A DNA stretch of 52,243 bases, filler included, from Basidioascus undulatus (Eukaryota), in the NCBI GenBank assembly GCA_000826855.1. It is 3 parts of 3 records of this genome, joined end to end, with 100 filler letters (N's around TTAATTAATTAA, not from the genome) between each part and the next. Parts side by side here need not be neighbours in the genome. Positions count along the whole stretch, not along the records: positions 17,445 to 34,788 come from JTLS01000536.1; positions 34,889 to 52,243 come from JTLS01000537.1; 1 more part is not named here. One strand, written 5' to 3'. Positions 24,528 through 35,418 of the stretch are shown here, in pieces; positions within the stretch are counted from its first letter, which is position 1; each line of letters starts with the position of its first letter. The notes under the pieces were generated by a model that was given only the letters and a program-made list of their open reading frames with translations, had not been told where the DNA came from and made no database searches. A program made the position numbers and the translations under genes.

Positions 24528-25532
24528 CTGCCGCCATCATCGCCAGACAACACCGCCTCTTCATCGCCGCAATCGCTTCCCAGAAACGAGTCTTGTTTTG
24601 ATCTCAACCGGTCCACGGCCTCTTTTTCGGATCTTCCGCTCCAGCTGCTGAGCGAGATCACTTCGCACCTGCACGTGTACCTTTTCACTCGTCAAGCGTG
24701 CTGCGCGGCGGTCGTCTCTCAGTTTCCTATTCTACTCGGTGACAATCAGCTCCGCTGAACAGTTCGCGATCTTCTCTTCCGACGAGGGGCTTTGCGGGCT
24801 GATCAGGTGTGGCGCGGTGTGACTCTTACACTGTTTGCAGCGTTATGCTGACACCCAATCAAGTAGAGATATTGAGATTCGGAGGTCCCTGAGGGGCTGT
24901 CCCTTGATCTCGCTTCCGGCGCGGCTCTGGACGGGTTGCTACAGAAATGCTGCTCGCTGCACAGTCTGACGCTCAGCCTCGACTGGGATTTGCTCGTGCA
25001 GGCAGACATCTCGCTGGTTAGTTCATTTAAAAGTATCGACACATTCTTCTACTGCCGAGGGCTGATCGACGTTTTTGTCTCTCACCTTCCGAACCTCAAG
25101 CGCCTCTGCCCGGCATTGAGCGAAGAGCTTGCGAGTCCCAGCGAGCTTACACAGCTTCTCGACGCGCTCCCAAGTGCATTGCTTCTTGTGGTCCATCTGA
25201 CTTGTTATGACTTTATTCCGACCCAAAGCCATATCATCAGGTTAGTCAAGAAAGCTCAGAGCATCCAGTATCTCAAATTGTCCCTAGACGGTCACTTCAT
25301 CTTCGATCATGACACAGCCGTACGTCGTCTTTCTCTCACGCAAACATCCGCAGTCTTCGCTAAAATGTTTCTGTCCTACCTCACTGCTCCAAGGTTGAAA
25401 TTTTGCAGTCGCTTTCTCGGCTCACGGATCTACGTCGGCTCTGCCTTCCGGCTGGTCTGGACCGCCACCTGCATGCTCTCGCAGGATATCAAGACATCAA
25501 TGCTTTCCAGACGGCTCTTTCTGATTAAGTGA
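24528..25532 (+). pseudogene. F-box-like / leucine-rich protein relic
   Basis: FSDLPLQLLSEITSHL followed in another frame by SLVKRAARR..LFYSVTI; downstream LQKCCSLHSLTLSL, LPNLKRL; no in-frame ATG seen. Confidence 0.55.
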
Positions 25533-26212
25533 AGGTAAACAAAGGCGCCCTTCCAAATCTCGAGCAGCTCTGCTGGTACTACCGTGATGGCTACGCGCTG
25601 TTCAGCATAGGCCTGGAGTACGGGGTCGTGGCCGTCAAACTCGAGCGTGTCGAGTCCAAATGGGTGCGTATTGAACAGGGGTGAGGGGGACCTTCCTACA
25701 TGCATGGTATGGATGGTGAAATGTGCAGGATGTTTCCTCGACGATAGAACGCTGGGTGCGCTCGTTACTCGCTAGCGTCCAGGCTTGTACCGAAAGGAAA
25801 ATGGTGCCACAGTTCTTGCGGTGCACGACCCATGCATTGCAATTAGGCGTAGCGGGGGCCAAGCATGATTTTTAATTCCACTGTGACCATCTGTCGGTAT
25901 CTTCTAGCGGCCGGAGAGAAAGCAAGTCTACCTCTCTTACAGCCCCGATGACCGGGGGGAGGGCAGCTGTGGTTTGCCTGGACAAGATGCTGACTCGAGA
26001 AGATAATGATTTATTGCTCAGATTTTCCAGGTACCTAGCTATAGCTGGTAAACAATCCAAGGGAGACACATCGCATGCTGCGGCTGTCGGTTAATGAGCC
26101 GACTCGATCTTCACAAAAATCACGAGCCGAGCGCCATGTATAATAAGTACATAATGGTCGTTACAGAAAGTAGGAAGACAACGGTAATGAAGAGGCGTGA
26201 AAAGCCTGCAAA

Positions 26213-26796
26213 TTAAGTCTCTTGCTGCTGCTGCTGCGCCTCGTCGCCGGGTCCTGCAAAAGAGGGCATCCGCAGCATCAGGCTCAAGCTGGGACAGAGT
26301 AGGAAGAAGGTTTCAGACCATCGCAAGCCTTGCAGCACTGCACCAGTGAATTGTCAGTCGCAATTGCCTCCGAAAGACAGAAGAAATAGGAGAGCTCACT
26401 TGGCGGATGGCCAGGAAGCACTGTGTGGGGTTGTTCAGTTTTCACTGGGCATGAGCTGACAAGACCTGATGAAATATGGCTGCCTACTAGGAGTTGCTGT
26501 GTCACGCAGCAGATGCACGCTCCCGCCAGGCAGTTGAACAAGCCTCGGCGCCATTCGGAACCCTGAGTGACTTCGGTCTGCAGCGCAAGGTTGATCGTAG
26601 CCTTGGAGGGGTCGGAGGGGATGACTGCCCCCGGCACGCATGATTAGCGAGACCTTATTAAGAGCGGTATATGTGAGAGCGAGATACCCATGACCGAAGC
26701 CTTGGGCGCGATCGAGATCTGAGGAGCCTTGAGCGGCGTGGACTCCTCCGCAGGGGGGGAAGCGGCGGCGGGGGCGACATCAGCTTTCGAACTCAT
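26213..26796 (-). CDS. Small cysteine-rich membrane-anchor peptide (~102 aa), CYSTM-like, 5 exons
   Basis: Splices in frame to MSSKADVAP...EWRRGLFNCLAGACICC|CFLAIRQ|CCKACD|GPGDEAQQQQQET* using GT-AG introns and 21- and 19-nt exons. Confidence 0.65.
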
Positions 26797-27799
26797 GCGG
26801 GGCGTGAGGGGTCGTTATACGGTCGTTAATTCGTGATGGTTGGAGAAGGAGAAAGAGGTTGAGCTGAAGGAGGTGCGCGCACTCAGGGTAAAGGACGGTC
26901 GAGAGCCCCTGAGTGCCACTGTCAGCGGACAGCGAACAGGCTGTCAGCAGACACGTTCCTGCCTGGCTTCCAGAGTTCGCAGCTTTCACACTCCGATGTA
27001 AACGGGTTTTAGGTAAATTGGAAGTGTGGAATGCAAATTGGGTGTGTTCAGAGGCGGTACAGTGTTGCAGTCTCGACATTCCTTAGGGCCGGTCCAGAGC
27101 TCTCCGGCACTCTGCAAACTTCAAGCTCCTTTCTATTCCCAACTCATTTTCACCAATAATCTCGTATTCATCCAATACCATGTCTACAGCGGAAATATCG
27201 TTCTCATTCTCATCGCAGTTTCCGCTTTGTCCCGCTCATCGGGCGCGAGTCGCGACCTTCCGTAGCAACCTGTTCATCCTAGTCACTCCTCGCAACCATG
27301 CGCCCATTCTGGGTTCATTCTCACTTCCAATCACTTACAATGCACTCTGGATTATCGCTCGGAACTGCGTAACTGCCTTGCGGGATTCAACGACCGCTGA
27401 GTCCGAGCCAGGCCGCGCATCGAGGCCTCGTCCCCCTCGTGCCCGTCGTCAACCTCGTGCCCTTGATCGCCGCGGATCGAAACATCCGCGATTCTTTCGC
27501 CCTTTCGCTCGCTGCCCGTAGCCTGCCCCCGTACCACCATCATCTCGCTCACATCCACTAATCTGATTGTAACTATTACGCTACACTGCTCTTTTGAGAC
27601 CTACTTTTCGCACACTCACGCTCACCGCTCGTCCGCGACTCGCAACCTTCCTTTTCGCCGTATTCTCAGTTTCACATTGCGCATACACCCAGCCTCTCTG
27701 CCTACCGAGTGCATCAGCTGATAGTTCTGTTGGACTCTATAGTCGACTGTCACTTCGCATCACAACACTCGCACTCCTTTGAGCTGGATCACGACCACC

Positions 27800-30619
27800 A
27801 TGCATACTCCTCGCCGCCGCCTTTCACCTCCTCCCCCGCTCTACTCGCCGCACCGCCAGCCTGCCTCGTCACCCCCGCGCGAGGGCCGCGTCCGTCGCGC
27901 TACCGAAGCCGTCTTCGCGATCACGGACCTCCCCGCTACTCTTCCTCGCGCCGCCGCGCCCGTGCTGCCAAGGCCTATTACGCCTCCTCCCGCCTCGGCC
28001 GGTATGTTTCCTTCGGTGGCGACGCTGCTGGGACCAACAGGAGCTGATCATTCATGACAGGCCTACTCTCCCCTCCCGACTTCACCAGGCCCCTTCCACG
28101 CACCCGCTCTACCCGCGCGAAGACGATCCACTCGCTCGCCCCCCGCCCGACGACAGACCTGCTCGCATCCGCCCCGAGCGTCCCTCTCGCGCAGCCCCCG
28201 CACTTCCACACCCCCAAGGCCCGCAGGCAGCGCACCGAGACGTACCGCTCGCGGCTGACTAAGACGGGCGGTCTACTGGACTCCGTCAACGAGGAGGACG
28301 ACGACGGGAAGGCGGGCGCGGCGGAGTTCAAACCCCAGATGGTCGACGACGGCGTCTTCTGGTCGTCCCAAGCTCTCGCTCCGGCAGCGTCGATCTCACC
28401 TCCGCAGTGCGACAGCTGCAGCTACGAGGCGCGGCCGGGCGACGTCCTGACCGCGCTCGACCCTTGCGGGCACCTCGCGTGCAGGGCGTGCCTCTCGAGC
28501 AGCCTCGGTATCGTCGCCGCTGCCGCCGCCGTCCAAGCTTCGTCGTCTCCCATCCACTGCGGCCGCTGCCACCGCGCAGTCTCGAGCTTCCGCCTGTCCC
28601 CCTCCCTCTTCCCATCGGAGAGGGCGAAGACACTGTTCCCGCCTCTGTCCCCCGAGACCGAGCTGCCGGCAGCCGCGCCACCTACGCCCAGCGCACCGAG
28701 GGCGATGCGCGTCGCGCTTGCTGCAAGCCAAGCGATGGCGAAGGCGACGTCCTCGGGCGCACCCACCGCCTATGACCCGATCGCGTACGAGGCTGGCGGA
28801 TTGTCGCGCAAGCCGGCGCGCAGCGATGAGTCGCCGGCCGTCGGCGTCTCGTCTATTGGCTGGCCAGTGGTCAAGGTGTCGAACATCCCGTGGGCGAGTC
28901 TTCTCTTCCTCCACTCCCTAAGCAGTCTGTAACGATGCGGTCCCCTACAGGACATCACGCCCGCGCGTATCGAGAAGTGGCTGCCCGCCGGCTCCCTCCC
29001 GCCCGCGCCCCTCCACCCTCACTCCGTGCACATCATCATGGACAGGTACGCTGCGCCCTACTTACCCCCCTTGTTTTGAACGCTCATCGAGTGCCCTCGC
29101 AGGAACGACGGCAAGACCGCCCACCACATGTACATCGAGCTCGCGTCGCAGGAGAGCACGGAGGTCATCATCTCGACGATGAGAAACACGCTTCTCGGCA
29201 GCGAGAACCGCGCTCGCTACGTCAACGTTACGCTCGCGAGCCAGGACGAGCTTCTGAGCGCGGTACATGTCTTCTCTGTATCGACGTTCGCGCTTGCTGC
29301 TGACTCGTTTCTGTCTTCCGCAGCTCTTCCCGACCTGGCAAGGCAGCTTCGAGCTCGGGCGCCCCTCCTTCTCCAATCTCAACACCGCGGAGGCCAACGA
29401 AGTCGTGTTCAACGGCTTCATCAGCCCGAAGGAGGTCCAGACGCTCATCGACCTTTGCGAGCGCGTCGGAGCGCACGCCATCCAGAAGATGCCGCCCAAG
29501 GTGCGCCGCGCGTCTTCGTCTCTCCCTCCCTTGACGGCGACATCTGACATTTTTGACTTCTCAGATGCACTTTTGCAAGGCGAGGCAGAACCCCTTCAAC
29601 GACCTGATCAGCATTCTCGTCAAGCTGCCGTGGACCGCGCTCGTTCACGAGAAGCCGGGCACGGGACACAGGCATACGCTGTTCTGTGCGTTACGTCCGA
29701 TTTTGACTCACGGGAGCTACTCTGACTGGGATGGCGCGGGCGCATTCAGGCTCCTTCAAGGGTAACATCGAGTTCAGTGTGGGCAAGCAGGCCTGAGCTG
29801 ACGCTCGGCTCCGCAGCGGCCATCTCGATCCTCAAGAAGCATCTCGAGGCGCAGGAAGAAGGTCTCGACCAGCACGTGCTCGCGCGCATGGTGCGTCACA
29901 TGTCCATCTTCCTCCCGCAAATGCTTACCGCGCATGTTCAGGTCACCGCCGCCAGCCTCTCGCCGGGTCCGTTTTCGCCTGCGCAGAGAGCGCTACGCGT
30001 CGCGATCTGACGTCCTGCATCTCACAGCGTTCAGCGAGCACCAGAAGTTTATCCTCTTCAAGCTGAGCGGCCTGAAGCGCAAGCGTCTTCCCGAGTACGC
30101 GCGCCCGGTCCGGTCCAACAGGGTCCCGCAGAGCGAGAACGTCTCGCCGTCGTCGACGCTCTTCTCGTCGCTGACCAGCCCCACGCTGCCCGCGCCCCTT
30201 GCGCCTGCTCTTCCCATCCACGCGGATCCCGCATCGCGTATTCCTCGGATGCTTGGTGCGTCTGTCACTCGTGCTGCTAGTTTCGGGAGCTGACCTTTCT
30301 ACTCCGCCACGCAGTCCCGTTCTCCACCTCACCCGGCATGACCCTTCATCCTCTCGGCCCGTTCAAGGCCCAAGTCCAACTTCCCCCCCCCCCGCCGTAC
30401 GCGCTCAACCCAGACGCGCGGATCTTCAAGCCGCATATCCGGCCCACGCAGCTCCCGCTCAGCCCGGAGTCGCCAGACCACATGCGCGCTCTTCCAGGAG
30501 CGGGGTATGCGGATGGCCATCTCGCGCGCAGCGGCGTCGGCGTCGCGCTGAAGTACGGCGCCCCGGACGAGGTCGTGCAGTCGCTCGCGGGCAGGCTGCG
30601 CGGTGCGGCGCAGGGTTGA
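27800..30619 (+). CDS. RING-finger (C3HC4-type) plus RRM-like protein with C-terminal PAM2-like motif
   Basis: CDSC..DPCGHLACRAC..CGRC; WPVVKVSNIPW|DIT..VHIIMDR|NDGKTAHHMYIE..YVNVTLASQDELLSA|LFP; PFNDLISILVKLPW; YALNPDARIFKP in last exon. Confidence 0.82.
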
Positions 30620-31466
30620 GTCGTCGGCGGGCAAACCCAGGTTCGCTGCAGCTTGTCCTTCCTTTTCATTTCTTATTCACTGTAACGAGCATTTGTTGGC
30701 TGGACTAGCCCAGACTGTAACAACCAATTCGCGCATTCCCCGCATCGCATGTCGTTCTGTACTCCTACCCGCTGTACCATCGTAGCTCGCTTAACCATCG
30801 CATCTCCGCAACGACTGTCACCTTCTGTTGTTCAGTTGGCTGTACTGAACTTTCAGGCATGGCGGTCGAACCCCGGATGCGGCGGACGGCGGAAGGCGTC
30901 ACGACACAATTCCGGCATCTTGTGCTTGCTCGCGACTGAGCAGGCAACGCAGTGTGCAAGTTTCAACTACGAGGTGTCGACAGAGACAGACTGCCCAAGC
31001 TCCCCTCCCCCCTGTTGTGGTTTCAGGAGTTCAAGTCGTTTCTAGGCGAGCCCCGGGAACGTGAAGCCCACCCTGGTGGCAGACAAGAGGAAGACATGGG
31101 AGAGCAGCAAGGTCGACCTTCAATCAGAAACGGCAGACATTGCAAGCGGGCATTGTACGTCCAGCTGTTTAAAGTCTGACTCGATAATAGCATTCCGTGT
31201 ATGAATTGGCTTCGCTCAAGACAACATACACATCCACCAAGTGGCTCTCCGATCAAAGACACAGTACAGTATTGGGACTGTCTCCATCTTGTTCCTGCCT
31301 GCGTCACTCTCGAACTTCAAGCAATCGGAATGATTGTGGAAGCAAGATTGAGGTAAAATCATTGCAAATCGGCCCATTGTGCCTTTACCTTTCGCCCTAG
31401 ATTGGTCTAGGAGTCGGCGCCGGAAAAAGCCGAATGTGGAGATCACGCATCCGAAGTACCTTCGTG

Positions 31467-31539
31467 GGGCATTTGGTGTAGGGGCTATCACATCTCATTC
31501 GCATTGAGGGGGTCCCCGGTTCAATTCCGGGAATGTCCA
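31467..31539 (+). tRNA. tRNA-Ala(CGC), intronless
   Basis: Acceptor GGGCATT/AATGTCC with G3:U70 alanine determinant, anticodon arm TCTCA-TTCGCAT-TGAGG, T-loop GGTTCAATTCC. Confidence 0.93.
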
Positions 31540-31540
31540 G

Positions 31541-31546
31541 TTTTTT
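31541..31546 (+). terminator. Pol III oligo(T) terminator of tRNA-Ala
   Basis: TTTTTT two nt after the discriminator base. Confidence 0.8.
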
Positions 31547-32149
31547 CTTCATTTGCTCCCGTTAGACCGCAGTTGATCTGTATGGGTCAAGCTGTGCAAG
31601 GTTGCTTTTTTCGTCCTTTTTTATCGTTCGCAGGGCCCGCTGAGTCTGTGGGCTCGTGGCATTGCTTGGGGAACCTGCGCTGGCAGACCTTCGCTCTTGC
31701 ACTCTTCGAAACGCTCATTCTTATGAGTTACAACAGGAAAGGTACGGCAGGCAAGCCCGGCAAAGACCTTCTAGAGGGTAGCTGGATGAGTGCGACATGT
31801 CGACGGAACGAGACAGTGCGGGACAATCATCATGGTGTGTATCACGTCAGTGAAAGGCGGCACCAGCTGCACCCGTTTAGAGCTGTGAACGTGCACAACA
31901 GGTCTGTCAGAGTATCCCTTCCACAATTATTTGACTTGGACAGCCAACCGGTGTACTCTTGGCTCTGTTAGGGCGCTGAGGCGGAATCTGCTCATGCAAG
32001 CTTGCCAGAGCCGAGCAGGCAGCAAGCGGCCGTGCTGTTGTACGAAGTTGTTCATAACTCATGGCTGCGATACAATGGTACATTCTTTCATTTGAGGGTA
32101 CGATTTGGATACCCGTGTGCACTGCAATGACCTGGCTGATTGCCAGATC

Positions 32150-33341
32150 AGCTGCCGGACTGTCAAGCCGCAGTGCTGATGGATCAGCACCAGCTTTGCT
32201 TCTGGATTGATGGGAGTGAACGATGGCTGCATCTTTTTCTTCTCCTCCTTCTTCTTTACAAGTCCTTAAGACAACTTCCCACGTCAGCATCTAAATTCAC
32301 AATGGAAATGAGTAAAAGTGTTGGCACCTTCTCCTTCACATGCTTCTTCTTCTCATCATCCTGAGGAAAGTGCTCAGCAATGAGCCGGGCTTTCCGATAT
32401 AAGGAGTCATGGTAGTGACTCCTTCTTCTTTTCGGCTCGTATTAACTCGTATTGTGTCAGCAACAGGCCACACCCCAAGAAACACGAGGAGGACAAGAAG
32501 GAGAAGGCATAGTCTCCACTCCATTCAGAAATGAAGTGCGGTCTGTTGCTCACCAATTGCATGCACTCTAGCATGACGAAGATAAGAAGAAGGTGGACAA
32601 ACTGAAGCGTGAGAGAGGAACGATGAGAAGAAAAAGGACAAGAAGGATGAGGAGGATGAGAAGAAGGCACGGGTGCCCTCAGCGTTCCACTGAACACAGG
32701 ATCTGACCTTTCCCTGATCGAACTCATCCTTATCAGGTCGAGGAGAAGAAAAAGGAGGATGACAAGGAGATTAAGGTACAGTTGATGCTGCGTTGCATTC
32801 AACATCCAGTATGGGCTATTGCTGACCTCATGCGATCTTACAGGATGACAAAAAGGAGGACAGTGATGAGAAGAAGGTACTTCAATGTTTAACCGCAGTC
32901 ATTATGAGATCTGAGGCGGTCCACCCTTACAACGAGGACGAGGATAAGAAGAAGACCAAGCGGGAGGACAAGAAACAGGAAGAAAAGGAAAAGGAAGATG
33001 ACAAGGAGAAGGTGCACTTGGTGCTACATTCAACTTGGTCATCGTCCTGTTGACAAATAGAATCAGGGAATGCAGGCTGGATATGAAGTTGAAAATCGAA
33101 TGCACCTTCTTCTTCTTGTCGTCGACCTTCTTATCCACCTGAAATAATGTGAAGGTTGGTTATCAGCAGCGAGGGTCTAAGTAGCATGCCCTCTTCAAGT
33201 TGCTGTTCCAGTGGCGCTTGCCGAAATCACCCGCATCACGACGATTCAGCATTTTAGAGCCGGTCGCGGCGTCGAGCGGCAGGGCAGCTGCCATGGCGGA
33301 GGCGGAGAAGGCAACGAGGCGAGGATGGAGCTGGTGCGCAT
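32150..33341 (-). pseudogene. Secreted Lys/Asp/Glu-rich micro-exon repeat protein gene, disrupted by an internal inversion (about 32477-33037) and small indels
   Basis: Signal peptide MRTSSILA/LVAFSASAMAAALP (1-nt deletion near 33319), LNRR, GKR, LKR sites; K/D/E micro-exons with splice signals on the minus strand outside and the plus strand inside the inverted segment; 3' end approximate. Confidence 0.8.
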
Positions 33342-34788
33342 GTTGAGCTGAAGGGGTGGGGAGCGTGTGGAGGGGCAAAGGTCGAAGAGGCTTGTATTGT
33401 AAGTTTTTGGAGCTTGGGAGAAAGATGGCTAATGGAGCTTTCAACCCTGCGAACGCTGGCCTTTTTAACTGGGGAGGCGACAACGATGCGCAGAGCAGTG
33501 ACCACGGTCTGTGGCACCAGGCTGACCCGCTGCTTCTCCTAATTTTTGATGGCATTCGTGGCGACTGCTATTTGCGTCGGCTTGGAACACGTTGCCTGTG
33601 CACTATTGCTGTCTTTATGACTGTGTTGCTAAGTCAGTCACCGCTCACGCAGCCACGGGATCTGCTTGGTGGGAAACACACTGTGTAATGATGATGATAT
33701 GACTTGCCGCACATGTAGTGTGCACAATCTTGCGAACCAACCGCTGCCGTCATCTTTCGAGGGAAGGATAAGACAGCGACGCAGCGACTCACGTACACGT
33801 GGTATGTTATTACGGCGAGCAACAACGTGCCGCTGAGATTTCCAGGTTTATCGTTGAGTGTGCGAATATATCAATCCCACTGGCAAAAGACGCTTAAAAC
33901 CTTACTGACCAAGCTCAGAATACAAAAGAGCGGACCGGTGGTCAACATCAGCGCCGCGCTGTTCGAACCCAGCTCTTCCCTCGCTCTTGCATGCAAGATC
34001 TGCCCTGTTCATGTCGCTAGTTTACATACGCGCTGGAATATATAGATTTGGTTCCACCCTCAGAATTCCGGTCTAGCTCAACCTGCGACGCGGTACCGTC
34101 GAGGTAGAACCTGTGTGCACCTCGATTGCCGTACGAGTGGCAAATGCCGCAGACGTCGACGCCTCACAACGACCGTTGTCCCCCTCCAACGCTGTAATGC
34201 TGTAAAAAATGAACTAAAATGGGTGGGTTGGAACTGCCGAAGCCCTCAAAGTGCAGTGACAGGACAGACTAGCTGAGCATCCACTGGCATTACTGTATGG
34301 ACGTGTTGACGAAGGCGTTTCAAACGTTAATTTTTTTTCGCTATTGGTAGAATCGAAACTGCTAGAAGTCGGGAAAACAGAAAATGAATGAGCAGTCACT
34401 ATCGGGTCCTTGCCTGCAAACGCAGCCGCTTTACCGCCCTCCGGGTCGGTACTTGACAGGAGATGTGGGCGCTGGTCGGCCCACCGCTGAAAGTCCTCTG
34501 CATCCTAGCTGCGTCTGTCAGCATTCTTCTCGTGTGCCACCTTTGTGCGGTTGGAGAAACAAGAGATGCGAGGGACTGAATGATGAGGCTATCCCGCCAA
34601 CATTGACTCGACTCACCCAACCTCCCTCTCTCTCGAACCTGATCGACCTGCATCTGAAAGCGCCACGCAGCCTCATCATGTTCATGCATGGCAGCCAGCA
34701 GCTTTCGTAACCTTCCCCCCTTCTCCCACTTCCCAAAGTACTCCCCCCTCCTCAGTCCGAGTCGCTCGAGCTCCCATGACCCTCAATA

Positions 34789-34888
34789 NNNNNNNNNNNN
34801 NNNNNNNNNNNNNNNNNNNNNNNNNNNNNNNNTTAATTAATTAANNNNNNNNNNNNNNNNNNNNNNNNNNNNNNNNNNNNNNNNNNNN
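34789..34888. other. Artificial contig-joining spacer (N44 + TTAATTAATTAA + N44)
   Basis: Identical layout to 17345-17444. Confidence 0.97.
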
Positions 34889-34968
34889 GGCGAGATGGCC
34901 GAGCGGTCTAAGGCGCCAGACTAAGGATCTGGTCCGAAAGGGCGTGGGTTCGAATCCCACTCTCGTCA
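34889..34968 (+). tRNA. tRNA-Leu(AAG), intronless, starting at the first base of the contig
   Basis: Acceptor GGCGAGA/TCTCGTC, D-arm TGGCCGAGCGGTCTAAGGC, anticodon arm CCAGA-CTAAGGA-TCTGG, long variable arm, GGTTCGAATCC. Confidence 0.95.
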
Positions 34969-35418
34969 CTCCTTTTGCATACTTCTTGACTCGTCTTAGT
35001 CGTCCGGAAGGAGGCAACTTGCTTTTGGTCTCGCTCGCCCACAAGCGTGAGTCCTGAAACACCAGGTTTAAACCTGTTTGCAGACTCTGACAGAGCCGAT
35101 GCTACTCTCCAGCTCAGCCTGACTACTGCGCCTGCGCATATGTTCAGTACAAGGCTGTGTCCCCTTTTAGCCGAGGTATCCGCATTCTTTCTTACGACAC
35201 TCTGTTCGTTTTCCAGAGGTAGCGAGCAGTCCTCTGCTGGCGCGTAAGAAGGTACGCCTGCAGCCCACGTGCAAGGAAACAAACTCCTGTGCCTCATCGG
35301 CTTGACAAACTGGACGTTTGCACTCCCAGATCCAGAAGAACGAATTCAAGTCATGGGTGTTATACACATTGGAAGAATCGGGGTATCAGGTTGCGCGGTG
35401 CCCTGGAAGCACCAGCAT

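Noticed and set aside
27180..27521. 113-aa ORF upstream of the RING-RRM gene as a gene or uORF
   Set aside because: No recognisable motif or coding bias, and the transcript start is unknown.
32328..33138. K/D/E exon array as a CRISPR-like or microsatellite array
   Set aside because: Units are non-identical, codon-structured and bounded by splice signals; eukaryotic context.
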